A stretch of DNA of 63,000 nt, filler included, from Cercozoa sp. M6MM (GCA_040357565.1; 10 parts of 10 records of this genome joined end to end with filler, not necessarily neighbours in it); one strand, 5' to 3'. Shown: positions 16,101 through 31,744, numbered from the whole stretch's first letter. Made by a program: numbers and translations. The notes: a model not told the origin generated them from the sequence alone.

Positions 16101-19100
16101 AACTGGCCACGGGTCATCTCGCATGCGCAACGTAAAGGTGACTTCAACACCCTCCATTTCGGTCAGCGGAAGTTGGGCAGGCTCCAATACGTCCTACACA
16201 TTAACATTTCCTCTTTTGTGGTGAGCAGTTGTCCCGAAAACGGCAATTCGCGGACCTTGACATAGATTCGGCCATCCAACGCGTCTTGTTCCAGTTCGGT
16301 CTGCAAGAAACGGCGCCCGTACACACCAAACTCTGAGCCACCGGTTTTTGTTGGAGACGACAAAAGTGCAACGCGCACTCCAATGTTCAATTTCTCGGTC
16401 GCATTTGCAAAGGCGGGACTCTTTTGTTGATAAATGTTTGTATAAATTACCATTCACTGAGACAAACTAAGTAAACGCGAGCTTACCGGCGCAAAGACCA
16501 GCGAGAGTTGGCTCGTTTTATGCTTCTTCATCGAGGCAAAGTCAAACCAAAAATCTTCGTGTCCGTGACTCAAACTTTGGTGGGAGAGGCCTTTCGAAGA
16601 CATTGCTTCTGAGAAACAGTTTTGATGTGTATATTAAAACTCTCAAACTTGCAAAAATAACAACTTTACCATGTTGAGGCGCCAACAAGTACGCGAACGG
16701 TGCAGACCAGATCGGACGCAACAGGATAGTGTCCACCATGATTGTTGAAGCCGAAGTTAAGCGTAGAATAGTCAGTTCCTGCATAGTTCCAGTCATTCTC
16801 AAATTTGATTTAACGACGATACTTTGCAAGTTGTTTACGTGTGCGATTTCAGAGACGTGTCGCTGAAACTGGCGCACCAAGTGCTTCTCTTCGGATGGAA
16901 CCTTTCCCAATCGCTGCTGCGCGCGAACATGCTTTTGGCGGACCGACTGTCCTTGTGCCCTGATAGGAGAACAGAATACCAGGTCTAAATCTGCCACTGT
17001 ATAAAGAGCATACAAGCTGTGTGACGACACCCGCAGGAGCCACTCTCTTTCGTCGTTGACACTGAAACAAACAAGCAAGAGAGTCGAGGAACGCTAGTCA
17101 AACGAAGAAGTTCAAACATACGAGAACGGAAACACGCGAAGGAACAAACGCGTCGGGTCGAGAAGTCCGTCCTCGCTGAGAGTAATTTCGCTCGCTTCGT
17201 CGAGGCTCTGTACAACAGATTCAATCAATCATCCAGCTTATCAAAATATGACAGCCAAAGAAACCTCTGCAAGAACTTCCGGAGACACTGCTATGAACCA
17301 TCGTTGCAATTGTTGTGTGTTCGACTTGAACAAGAATGTCGGCACGTCGACGCAAGTACCCGTGCCTCCGTCCAAGACATCATCGTCCTGAGGGGAGGGG
17401 TTTAGTCAAAGCGGACTCATCAACAGAAAGAAGGAGCTTACGGTCGGCTTCAGAAACATGCACAATGTGTAATCAAAGTGCGCGGGGATGCGTGGGTTTC
17501 GAGGAGCCCTAAATCAAGCCAGAGGAGTCCAACAAACAAGGCAACATTTGGGATGCTGGTTTATACGATAGTCGATACCACTCGCGAATGAACTCTGGAA
17601 GTGTGGTATCTTTGTCTCCTGTGTCAGTTGCCATTTCGTGCACTGTCGGAGGTACAGTTTGCACTGCTTTATGGTGCCGTTTTTTCGGCTGCAATGTGCG
17701 CACCCGCTTTTCCGATCTACATCAGAAAACGTTATCTAAACGAAACATCCATTATCGAAAAGTTAGATAAACCTGGCAAGCTCCGTGCGTAGTTGTCCTT
17801 CAACTGTTTCTTTCGCCTGGAGTTGTGTTCGAGTGTGCTCAAGCTTGGCCTCGATAGCTTGAGCTTGCTCTTGGGTTTCCTGAGGAAACAACATGCCAAA
17901 CAACGTGTTGAGCAGATGTACCCGCAGTCTGGCCAAGTACCTCTTGGAGTTCTTGAGTGTCTCTGAGCTTGGCTTCCAGTGTTTGAACTTGTTGCTGGAA
18001 ATCCTGGAGTTCACAACATAAAAATGTGCTGGTCTACTTTTATAGTAAGTTGTAACTTAAACTTAAATCTAAATGTAATCAAACTGAAATCTAATCAACT
18101 GTACCGCTGAGAGACGTTCCTTCGCAATGTTTGCTTCCCGAAGCAAGTCAGAAGTCTCCACCAACCGAGCTTCCTCCTGCTGCAACTGAGTTTGCAATTG
18201 TTCCAGCTGTTGTTTCGTGTGCTTGGCGTTTGTCGCCAACGCTGCACTTTTTTGTTGGTGCTCGCTGACTTGTTGCAGAGCAGTCTGCAGCTCGGACTGC
18301 AACTGGTGCCGCACGAAACTCTCAAAGTCTCGAACGCTCCACCTGGCTTCTGACGCATCGTATTTTGCAACGAACTGGAAAAATCTGGTGTCCACAGACG
18401 TCTCCGTAACTTGCGGGATCGGGCTCAAATGCGAACACGTGCACGTGTTCGCTGACTCCAGTAGCACAGACTGCGTACAGCAGAGGGACGCCCATCTTGG
18501 TTGCTTTCGACGACGTGACCAGCGTGAGGTCGCCAACGTGAGCACTCGCGTAAAGCAGCCGGTCGAACGAAGGTGCAACCAACAGTACATTCGTTGGCAG
18601 CATCGAAAACGCACACTCGAGGCACGGCACTGCAGCTTGCGTAGCTATACCCAGATCCTCCCGTTTCGTCTCTTGTATCTCGTACGGAGTGTGGACCATT
18701 GGTGCGGGTCCTTCGCATTCGAGCCACTGCTGGCACTGCTCAGCTTCGCCGAGTGGAGGAGTCAGTAGGCCCTCCAAGTCGAACTTGATGGCGATTGCTG
18801 ACACCAAGTTGGACAGCCAACGCCCAAAGTCGGAACTCGCCGCAGCTTCCACCGGCTGCACTTGAGTTGCGTCCAACAGGCGTCGATGGGAGCCTTTAGT
18901 GCCTGCAATACAAGTCGATGAAGGTCATGAGGCTCAAGTTGATTTGTACCTGAAGCCAGACTTCTCGTCAAACCAAGCAGCAGAAAACCGATCCAACGCA
19001 TCGCGGGGATGTTAACACACGTACACACAGTCCTAGCCTCCGCCTTAGTGCTGTCCCGTAAATTTACCCGGGGTCGTCAGGGATCGGGCTTTTCACTGAC

Positions 19101-19142
19101 CTCGTGCAAGCACACGTGCCCCTCTTTCGACTGTGGCGGCAT
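13104..19142 (-). CDS. Very large hypothetical multi-exon protein with a coiled-coil region and a long beta-rich C-terminal part; may be more than one gene
   Basis: A chain of minus-strand open frames (18322-18876, 18069-18614, 16542-17078, 16163-16453, 14881-15513 and others) can be joined by short GT-AG introns. It ends ...QWVFHIAFPN*. No family recognised. Confidence 0.5.
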
Positions 19143-19351
19143 GATCTCTACTCAATGGGAATCGAGGGCAGTCTGCCAGTTGGCTCTTCTCAATCACTGC
19201 TAGCAGCTGGAAAGGCTACACGTTTAAACATCTAAATTAAAGCTCTACACCATTCGATTGTTTCAGTCACGCCCAGGCAGACCTGGGGGAAACGCGTGGC
19301 TTTCAAGTTTTGACTCGCACCCTCACGATAGACTTCTTGCGACATTCGTTA

Positions 19352-20984
19352 ATGTTAGGCATGCTAGGCCAATCTGCGAGTGAATTCAAGATTTTTGGGG
19401 TACTTTAAGTTTAAGTTTATGTCGTACGAAGTCGTCAGTTGAAAGAAAACAAATTGCTTGCTCTCCGCAGCCTGCGCCATTTCGTCCCGCGACGGCACCC
19501 GAGCTGGGCGAATTCAGAACAGACAGAAACTACAGACTTCAAACCAGTTGGGGACATGTTGGAGACGAACCAACATCGGTGATGCATGTAATCAAGGACC
19601 TGCACTTGTCGATACCTGCCGCGTAAATCACTTGCTCCTATCCGATGCCAAACACCAGCTGAATTGAGGTGAAAAAGTGCACCTGGTTTAGAGATAAAGA
19701 GCAAAGCGGGGGTTCTTCGGAAATATTGCGAAAGGCCCTACTATTGGAAGCGCGGAGACGCTGTTTGACGAAAAGAATTCGTTTTGCTCCTGTCACCACG
19801 GCGGTGGAACGGTCACTCACTTTGGCGAAGGTGAAAGAGATCACGTTTGATGCTTTGACGAAATTCAAGCGGTTTAAAAGTGCCAGCACTTCTCTCGATG
19901 TCAATCCTTCTCCACAAGAAACACGCACAAAGTTGTCGCACTGTCGAAGTAACAGCGTTCAACTGTATCGACGAAAGAAGAGACGAGATGCTGCCAGTTC
20001 ACGCGCCAGCTTGACTCGCATCTTCCCTCGCAAGAAGCGCGACTGCAGTTGTTGCTCTCCAGCCTCTAAGCGATCAAGGAAATCCTTCAAGCCACACAGC
20101 GCGAAAGCCACACCGAAGGTTAACTTGCGCACGCGAACTTCGATAGCACAAACCCGAGCCAGTCCGCAATCGGCATCGGTTGACTTCGGCTTGACTGGCT
20201 GGGGTAGTCATTCGGGCTCGCATTCAGAAACACAACGCAACTCGAGCTTGTGCAGCATCCCTCGGTGCCGAAGGCAATCCAAATGCAATAAAAAGAAAAC
20301 TGAAAGAAATGGCCAGGAGAACCGTAATGGTAATAATTTTCATGTACGTGTACCACTGTTTGACACCCCCGTATGATCAGTTATTGCTCCGAAACCATCC
20401 AAACGAGCACACGCCTCGTTGATGACTGCGTTGAGCAAACGTGTGCGCAATGCTGAAAATAGTGTGCATGTTTCTGCCCTGCCTGCCGATGAGTTCGCCG
20501 AGCTTTTGTGCTCACGTTCCGTGTTGTCGGAGTTGCTGGCGGATGCACGCCGAAGACGCCACAAGGATGTGGCTCTTGCGAAGATACGCTCGCTTGCCGA
20601 GCTGCAGCCGCTTGAGCGTGACTTGCTGCGCATCGCGACTCAAATCGACTTTATGGGCGCTGGAATCGATACTCTGGCACTTAGCGCGTTTCTTAAGGCG
20701 TGCAATACCGACTTGAGTGCGTCAACGGTATACGTTTGAAGCTTTTAACCACTGTCGATACTATTGGCTGTGAAATGAGTTGGTCGCAGGCTGTGTACGA
20801 CTCGGAACGCTTCTTGCAATTGGCGCAAGATAGTCTACAGCTGCCGTCAAATCTGCCTTCCTACTGCAGCAGCATCAACCGACACCAGTTCGGTAGGACG
20901 AAGATTCTAAGCCTGTATATCCGTTAATGCTAAGACAGGGGATGTACGCTTGTGTTGAAGCGTGTGCAGTACAAACCTGGCTAA
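19352..20984 (+). CDS. Hypothetical multi-exon protein
   Basis: Open frames 19669-20376 and 20419-20739 can be joined by short introns. Divergent from the 19142 gene. Confidence 0.45.
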
Positions 20985-21838
20985 CCACGGCTAGCTCCGA
21001 TGTGATACACCGATTTGTCCGCGAGGTATCAAGTCAACCTGGGCGGTTGCGGACTCGCGATCGCCTCAACTGACATCTTTTTACGTATCGCACTCCACCA
21101 CTCAACACAGATACGGACACCCGGTCACCCTCCCCCATCGTATGCGACGGAACCCGCGTACGGTTAGTATGATTATCGTATACCAGCTTCTCGTCTACCG
21201 TATCCTATCTTTAGCGTACACGCGTCATAAAGGGGCGTTGCATAAAAGTGAGTGAGGGCCAGCAACCATAACCAGCAGCGACAACTTCCCATCACGCACA
21301 GCGCCAAAAAAGCCAATGAGCACAGCAGCGAAACGCCGCTAAAGCAGCCCACGGTTATCTATTTGACTCGATCACACGTAACGTAACTGGAGTTATTTAA
21401 ATAAATCGGACGACATCGCTTACTGTAAGTTACGATAACGTAACGTAACGCGAACTGAAACGACAAAAATCCGATCACTCTCCTTCAGCCACCGGAGCGC
21501 TGCCATCGCTTGGGGTTCGACGCGGCACGACAAAGAAGCCGAGGTCAGTGTTGGCGGAGTTTCTCAAAATGTCTTGGCGGATATCGCCCTGAAGTGACAA
21601 GACACAGAGGTGACACCATCACCAAGCCAGTACAAACATCCAATGTGCGGTCAGTGATACATCAGTCACTTCGTCGGGCCTCTCTTCGAGTGAGGTGTCG
21701 ATCAGTTCGAGTGGCGACACCAGAGGCTCCACTCCATCGACGTCGACACTGCCGAGACCGCGACTGGCGAATGATACCTGCCAAGACAGCCATGCAGAAC
21801 AACTGCAATCTCTTAAAGCTAAATGGGGGGGGGGGGGG

Positions 21839-21938
21839 NNNNNNNNNNNNNNNNNNNNNNNNNNNNNNNNNNNNNNNNNNNNTTAATTAATTAANNNNNN
21901 NNNNNNNNNNNNNNNNNNNNNNNNNNNNNNNNNNNNNN
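21839..21938. other. Artificial contig-joining linker (N-run + TTAATTAATTAA + N-run)
   Basis: The same six-frame-stop linker recurs at 35430-35529, 38562-38661, 42451-42550, 46751-46850, 50762-50861, 53385-53484, 58625-58724 and 61883-61981. The flanks are mostly poly-G/C or microsatellite. Confidence 0.97.
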
Positions 21939-21989
21939 CCCCCCCCCCCCGCTTACACGTACCTGTCGGGGTCCCGCTCGATAGCCAGC

Positions 21990-22460
21990 ACTCGTGAAAA
22001 CACCTCCTGCAACAAGGTTGTTGGTTGACACCAGACAAGACACAGAAAGCTTAAGGCTTACGGTGAAGGCGGCCGTGTCGCTTCCGCAACATGCAGTAGC
22101 ATCCACCACGCTGGACTGGTCACCCAGCTCGCACGCACTACACACATGCCAAATCTAAAGATACTGGACACATTCGAAAATAAATACCTGGCCAGCAAGG
22201 AGGCATGCTGCTTGGCGTACCGCGTGCCACTCGAGCTGTGACCACCTTCCTCATCGAGTTCCTTCACAACCACACCACATCCAAGAACACAAGGCTCACA
22301 CAATGCAGCCATACAATTAGACGCTTGTGTCGACCTAATTGGCGCCACAAACGGTACGCTTTCCTAGTGCAGGCAGAGATACGAAGGCACCCGCAGCCAC
22401 AGCCAAATTACTGTACCGGTTGGAGACGCCGTGGATATTCGGCATTCGCCTCTGTTGTCT
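21990..22460 (+). mobile_element. Possible decayed non-LTR retrotransposon fragment (post-RT region)
   Basis: Frameshifted pieces ILDTFENKYL and LLGVPRAT...FLIE resemble the L..FQ.K.LR..LGVPR.T segment that follows LINE reverse transcriptases. No catalytic motif is present. Confidence 0.25.
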
Positions 22461-22615
22461 AAATGATTTGAGACGTGCACAAACGTGCTTAACGAACACT
22501 CACTGTACTGCGCGTTCTAAGTGGTCAAAACCTTTGTATCCGCGCGGATCAAATATTTTTCTCTGTGGCTTTTGTTTCACCGATTGGGAGTGTTTGTTCA
22601 GTACGATGGCCCCTG

Positions 22616-25600
22616 ATGCTAGCTCGTTTCATCTTAGCCTCGCTGGTTCTTCTAGTTTCGGCGCTGGCAGGATGTGTTCCTGAAGAGCTGCAACGACCTC
22701 TTTTGTTTGCTGTTCATAACGATATCGAACTACGCGTTGGGCCACTTAATTCTTCCTTGACTGAGGTACAGCATCCTGCCAATGTTCTCGCCTTGTTGAG
22801 GCTAAGGAATAGTAGCTCGCGATTGTGGGAGTAGGATATCAGCACCGAAGTTGTTTCGACACTGCTTACCGAAGCTCTGGGTTTGTCGATATTGATAAGC
22901 AGAGAGATGTGAGTTGGCTTCATGTTTTTTCCTAAGCAGGTTTCAAAACAGTAAAAGTTGCATTCGACTACGGTACAATTTTCACAAACTGATGTATACG
23001 CGTATTTCTGTTCCTTTCATTGAGGTTGTGGACAGATACATACGATTATCCAAACGGCACATTTTTGCAAATCGTAAAGGGGTAGAAGATTTCTCAAGCT
23101 GCATTCACCACTTGTTTCCAACCTCACTAAAACAAATCTGCAGGCATTTTGACATTCACGTCGAGGCGTGGCTGCAAGATAACCCGGGAAAACTAAAAAA
23201 GTATGCGCACGAAGAGAGCCTTGTTGAATACTCGTCCTTGGGTTTCATCGGTTCGAATGGTCTCTTCGTGTCTCGAACGCCCGGAGATGAGCATCCCGAA
23301 TTTATTTTTGGTATTACCAATCACCATCGCATCACACAATGGTTTCCAGCAAGCTAGATTGAAATCTAGAACACTATCTCACCTATGTGAGAAACGAGAA
23401 CTTGGCGCAGTTCTTCGAACCGGACTCGGCCTATGTCGGTAGCCCAGAAGTTTGCACAGAAGCTCTTGGGTGTGTGGGTGGCAAATGGTATGTTACTTCA
23501 GGAAACTTGGGTTTTTACACTTCCTTGGTTTCTTGCAGGTTTTCGCCCGCTTGCGTTTTGAATGCAACGAGCCTTGGGACTGCTAACCCCCACAGCGAAA
23601 ACTGCATTCCAGTTCTCTGTGACGATTTGAGCTTTGAGGTAACTTTCCCTTGCCTCATGCGTGCTATTCTGTTAGCACTGTTTCGGGCGGTTTAGACGTG
23701 GATCTCACAACTTGCAGTTCATTACAATCTGACATTGACCTTGATACCCTACGCTGAGACTGCTCCATGGTTAAACGCTCTCTATGATGCGGTGCGCTAC
23801 AATAAGAGCATCATGGCAGCTATATGGGAGCCACATCAAGTAAACTTGTGTTTATGCTTCGAATAATTTTAGTTCACGGTTAACTGAAGCTCTAAGTAAA
23901 GGTAAACTTATCTTTCTTTTTTTTTATAGGCTACGTTGGGTCAAGGCTATTTTCGACGGGTCAGCTTTCCTCGATACTCACCAACGTAGTGTACATTTTA
24001 AATTTACATCGCAATTATGTGCAACTTGTATTCTGCGCTTGCTTTGTCTCTTTAGTTGTGCCAGGAAGTGGGATCCCTCAGCATTGTATCCTCCTGGAGC
24101 ACCAAAGGATGCTGTGGATTGTGATTTTGAAAGCGCCACCCTGATGAAAATATATCGCGCTGATCTAGTCGAGATATGCCGAGTCGCAAAAGAGTTTGTG
24201 TAAATTTTCTCTTTCTTTAATACAAGTTGTTTTTCTTGACTATTCTTCTCCAGAGACAACTACTCCCTCAACATTGACGATTTCTCTTATTTGCTACGTC
24301 ATCACAAGGTAATTAACGGCCCAGTGCCATGGTGCATGTGCAGTGAATATAAATACTGCGCGCTCGCTGTCGGGGGTTCTTTTTATTTAAATAGGACGGT
24401 GGCTCGCTGAACGGGAACTTGACTACTCGCGAGGTGGCTTTTTTCATCAATTCACTTGTATAGATCCTCAATATTGTCTTATTGCTGACTCAAAGCAGGT
24501 TGCGTGCAGCTTCATCAATGCGTTTCCGCAGAAAGTCGGAGACTGGATTCCGAAAATAGACATCCCTCAATGCAATCTTGTCGATGACTCCTTCTATGAG
24601 ATTGGTACTCTAGAGTTTTGACGACACCTTTCAGCATTTATGATTATTCATTGCTGTTCGTAAACTAGCGGAAAATACTCCGCAGCTTTTGCCTTATGAC
24701 AAAGCGACGCGACAGTATATCGTGCACGAGTGCTTTACACACACCGTATCGCTGAACATCGGATATATTAAGCAATATTGAGCGAGGTTTTCTCATCTTG
24801 TGCGCAGGAGATCAACTTTCATACCAAAATACTTGGAGTTGGATTGTTCGCTTCTGCAGCGTTCCTTTCGCTTCTGTCGTCAGGTTGGTTTTACTTCAGG
24901 CGGGATCGACGATATGTTAAGGCTGCATCGAAACGCTTTAGTCACTTCGTACTCTGTCTATAGTATAACTTTCAGTTTGTGAATACGCAATGCATATTAT
25001 ATGCTGTACAAGTTACATAAGATATCTACAAAACAGAAAAAATTTACACAGATTCTGTGTATTTGGCAATTAGATTGAGTTATTTGTCTAGATCTTTTTC
25101 TCTTGCGCCGTGTTAGCTACGGACTGTATTTTCTCGACTCGGTGCCAATGAACTGTTGACTGAAGTTCGCGAGTGTTGTTGTGCTCCTAACAGTCTTGTT
25201 CTTCCTGGGCAGAAAGACAGAAACCTGGGCGTGCATTGCGAGCGAGTGGGTTTTTCATATGGCCTTAATGAGCATCTTTGTAACACTTGCTGGTAAGCAT
25301 AGGCATAACTTTCATCGTAACTAAATAATACAGGGTTATGCTGTTGTTTTAACAGCAAAAAACTCCAGGTTGGAGAAGATCTTCCTCCAGAAAGGTATGG
25401 TAGGGATTTACAATTCCTCAAAACAGTGCGCCTTTGTGTAGTTGTGTTCGTAGTGTTAAAGGTTGTTCATATTTCGGACGTCTGTTTGCTGAAGATAATC
25501 ATCCTAGGACTAGTCGTCGAAGCTAGTTCTCTTGGTGTCGCCGACCTGTGGGCTTCTTACGAAGTCAAGCGTCACGTTAAGGACAAGGTACTGAAAAGAC

Positions 25601-26477
25601 TATGGTGAGATTTCTATACTGCACGTCGCTCATCGTTGAATACAGGTAGTGTACGATGCATGCACTCGTTCGAACGCGAGCGTGTATTTGCTTCCAAAAC
25701 TGCCCATCTTCAGTGTGGTACACCGTTTGATATGTACAATACAGTATGCTGTTGCTGTCAGTTTGCCTCTAATTTTACCGGTAAATTGATCAGATTCTGT
25801 GGATTCTCAAACTCAGCTTCGTTTTGCGAGAGTCTGCGCCGCCAGAGTTTCGCGAGGCAACGCAAATCGAGATCACCGTTTGGCTCTCTTTCAGTTTTGC
25901 TATTCTATTCGGTCAGTTTCTTTCTACCGATGCAAAATGAAATGAAAAATCGCTTTTGTTTGCACGGCAGAGGTCTTGAAGGGCGTGTTCGCAGGACGTC
26001 CGAATATTGAGGCCAGTTTAACCGCAACGTATCGTACTTTTGGAAATTCTTGTAACCGTGACACAGTTTCAATGCGCTGCAGAGAGACTTTTCTCATTGT
26101 GGTCATCATTCTGGTCTTGGTAACAATCTATCTGACTAAAGATATGTGAGAAGTGCCGTATTGCTTTGTGGGAGTAGTACTGCGTTCCGCGTATCCTGGG
26201 GTATTGTGACTCATTGAGTGGAGAGCTTTTGTCTTTGATCATTCGTTGCGATGTGTGTGATTCTAGTGTCTGCGGGGACGTACAGCTGCCGCAGCCCAAG
26301 GAGGAGACGAGCACATCCGAATCTGAGACTAAACCTTCGAAGGGTGGCGCAATCTACGGCGTCTCAGTGGTTCAGTCGCAATCAAGAAAGCTACCTGAAG
26401 AGCAGCAGGCGGAGGTCGATACAATTGATGAAGGAGCGCAAACTCCTGCGGACAGCCCGAGCGCAGAAAATGCCTGA
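22616..26477 (+). CDS. Class C GPCR-like receptor: signal peptide + ProX/OpuAC-like solute-binding domain + 7TM
   Basis: Signal peptide MLARFILASLVLLVSALA. Binding-domain motifs DIHVEAW, LGFIGSNGLFV, AIWEPH, RRVSFP and DCDFE. 7TM motifs RYVKAASKRF, CIASEWVFHMALMSIF...KNSRLEKIF and LSFVLRESAPPEFREATQI. Confidence 0.7.
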
Positions 26478-26712
26478 ATCAACAGGTCATGTTATAGCTC
26501 CTTTTGACGCCTTAGGTGTGTACGCATTACGTCCTTCTGGTTAAGTCGTTTAAAACTCTGAGTGCGGACGGTCTGAGTTCAGTTTCGTAGTATTTGTCCC
26601 CCAAAGAAAACCCGTAAACGAAAATACTGGTTGAATGTGCCAAATACAGTAAATTTAGTTAACCCGTGTACGGTGGTTGTTTTTAAGACAGTCTCTAGGC
26701 CTGAGATAAAGA

Positions 26713-27852
26713 ATGAGACGAGTTAGTAGCTCGCTGCAATACCGGCTGATTGAGGCTTCACGTGAGGGAAATCTCGCTTTGCTGCAGCAACTGCTGTCGA
26801 CGTACCCGTATGCGATGTCTTGCTTTGGTACTGTACAGTCAGTACAGACTGTGTGGAGTACGCGCCCCTTGATAAACTGATTCAATGCAATAGAAAACAA
26901 TGACAAACAAAACCGACCAATGGTGTGCATTCTTGTTTCCTGGATGGGAGCTCTGGACACTTGGACTGACCAGTCGGTACTGTAACTGTAGTATACAGTA
27001 CCTTTGTTTATCTGTACCGTTCTTCACAGGTCAGCGATGTCTGGCAGTCGATGGAGAGCACAAACCAACTGCGCGTCGACTGCCGCAGCGACACGTGCGA
27101 CTTGGCCTCTTGTGTTGCCATGACACTGCGTCCTGTGCTCGGTATGTGATGTGTTTCAGGACCTACAAACTTGTGCATCCACGCTGTTTGACTGCCACAG
27201 TCCGCAACTTCCTCCGACTGGCAGCAAAGGTACTGATGTGCTTTGACTGCTTGCCCGTTCCTTTTTCCGACCCGAAACTAAATAGCACAGCAAAAGTCAA
27301 AGGGAGCTGCGCGTTCTTTTAACGCCGCTGCTGAGGTGGAAGAACGATGAGGTACAATACGATTAAAAGGCCAAAAACAAGAACCTCTGACAGGGTGACT
27401 TACAACGTTCGCGCTGCAGGAAGTGGACACCGAGGCACTGCGCGACAAGCTGACGTACGGTTGCTCGGCAGGCGGTCTGTGTCCCCTGATCAATGCCAAG
27501 GTGACACTGATTCACATACTACTAACGGTAACACCATAGATTAAAAGGTTCTTCACAGGCACGGCGCAGGATCGATGAGATTGTCGCGATGATGGCACGA
27601 TTCGTGGATCGGCATTTTAGCGCATCTCGAAATCACCAGGCCGCTTCTGGAAAGTCAAGCACTGACAGCTCGAACAACAGCACCAATAGCAGCAACAACA
27701 ACAACACCGGCAGCAACAGCAATAGAAAGTACCTCCCAGCAAGTACAGCGACTGGAGGGAAGATACCAATGGCGCCGAAGAAGAAGAAGACGCACCTCTT
27801 GTTTCCCTCGAAGAAGCGGCGAAGCTACCCACCTCGCCGCATTGTACGATAA
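26713..27852 (+). CDS. Hypothetical protein with an ankyrin-like N-terminal repeat
   Basis: MRRVSSSLQYRLIEASREGNLALLQQLL, then several short exons and a low-complexity basic C-terminus (27589-27852). Confidence 0.4.
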
Positions 27853-28299
27853 ACACGCCAGGTTACACTGACACTCAACTAGACGTGTGGTAACGGTACC
27901 CGGTGCGTCGATAGTATCAAGAGAGCACAGTAAGCTTGGACCCCCTCACTGAACGATCGCCCGATAGGGTCGAGCAATAGTCGGGTACAGACGCGGAGTT
28001 ATCCAATACAGCTCGCGGACCATCTCATCTAGCGGACCCAGGATGGTGATAGTACACACATTGGTTAGACTGCACTAGTCAGTTCGTTCAGTCGACAAAG
28101 TATGTAAACTTAGTTTCCCTGTACCAGTCCTGGGGTGGACCACAAGCGCATGGCCTGAATGCGCTTTAATCTCAGTTGAGCCGCCGCGCTCACTTGTTAT
28201 TCTAGAAACGCACTGCTGGGTCCTGTTAAACGAAACTTCGCCGTGCTGATGCGTTCGCGTAGGGTTACTTGCGTGATAGGATGCGATGACAGGAGCACG

Positions 28300-30213
<1,914 letters not shown>

Positions 30214-30800
30214 GTTGTTGTGCTTTGTTCCTGCAGAAATCAAACCATAATCACCTCAAAAACCAACCCGAGAGCCACTGCTCAGAACCCACAAAATACA
30301 ACGAGAGAGAGACTCGAACCAGAAAAGTTTGGCCTGCACTAGCACGGAATTACAGTCTTGTTACACTGGTCAACTTGCCAGACTGACAATTTTGTTTGCA
30401 AAAAAGATCAAGTGTTGCTAAACTGCACGCGTCGTGGAAACGTCTTGTGGTTCCCTACAGCGTCTTTGGTTGCAAAATTCGAAGCTACTGTGTGATGGGC
30501 CTTGCTGCTCCTTGGTCAAACCGGGACGTTTTTCCCAGAGCACTTCTGCCCAGGAGGCAGGAGGTGGTGCACTGGTGCCAGCATGTGCTGATCGCAACTT
30601 GGCAGTTGTGAGTCAACACCTTGCCGCCATGTGACTACTCGGTACAAGTAGTAGTAGCGTTATAAAGCACTTGACCTTAACAATGTGGTTGAATAAGTAG
30701 TGCGCATCGTGGCGTTGATAAAACGCTTTAATAATTAAGATGCACGTTTCTGCTGTAGCACTATCCTGTCAGTGGTCCACTAGAACAGACTAAAAATAGC

Positions 30801-31744
30801 ATGAGCACATTCTCTGTGGCTGTTTTACGGCCAGAGGAGGATGTGCCAGATTCTTGCTCTGAGGAGTCGCGTGCGACAATCCTTGCTTTCTGTGCAGAGC
30901 TCTCGCAGGTTGCTTCATTGCCTCAACTGTCGCTGTTTTAACTCATCTTTACTGCAGGTGCCATTCTTCGGTCGAAGCGCGGCAGACACGTTCGCACGCT
31001 TCTGGTCGCGGTTGCTCGCCTCGAGGTGTACTGCAGGTAGTCGTGTTTCCACACAGGTACTTCTTGCTTGACTAGGGTTGCACTGTCCAGATGCCACCAA
31101 TGGGTGCCCAGGTGGACGATTATGTCGCTCATGTGGCCTGTATGGCTGACGGACTGAGTGCAGTGACGTTGTGCCACCCGGATGTTCGACCTGCCCAGGC
31201 ACATGCCTTCCTGTCGCGAGTGCTCACAAAGGTACACTCAGAGAGTCCGGCAGAGGTTCGGTATTGATACAGAGTGCACATGAGTGTGCGTACAGTACAT
31301 TACTGAGCACGGCGTGCAATGGACCTCGGTGCAAAACGAGTCGAAACGACGCAAGCAAAAGCCGTTGCTGCCACTCTCTTGTCTCGGTGATTTGCTGCAC
31401 GAATTCAACGCCAGTCTGGCCCAGGGAGGTGCCTTTAGTCACCTTCTCCCCCCTGTCTTTACCCTGCCTTTACTCCTGCCTCCTCCCCCAGACTCCATGG
31501 CGCGAATCGAGCGAGAGATCGACCTGACACGAGGCAAACTGGAAGATGCCATCCAGCAAGCCTGCGTCAACATGGCCGAGATGGACGCACTCGTCAAGAC
31601 CAGTCAAGAACTCTCCGACGAGAGCAAGAGCGCGTGGATCAAGTCGAGTACCTTTGCCTTTCACCACAAGCTGGACACACTTTTACCCGAGCTTGTTTTG
31701 CAGAAAAACTCAAACGGAAATACAGGTGTTGCGTAATAATGTGA
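30801..31744 (+). CDS. YKT6: Ykt6-like prenylated longin R-SNARE (divergent)
   Basis: Longin domain MSTFSVAVL...ELSQVPFFGRS...DDYVAHV...DGLSAV, SNARE helix DSMARIEREIDLTR...MDALVKTSQELS, and C-terminal RCCVIM* CAAX box. Confidence 0.85.

Noticed and set aside
16420-16490. Apparent in-frame TGA after an intron, suggesting readthrough or an altered genetic code
   Set aside because: A downstream AAG acceptor gives a normal ~66-nt intron that removes the stop. TAA, TAG and TGA all end genes in this window, and conserved exons have no internal stops.
21883-21894. TTAATTAATTAA repeated nine times in the window
   Set aside because: Always centred in N-runs of fixed total length: an artificial six-frame-stop scaffold linker.
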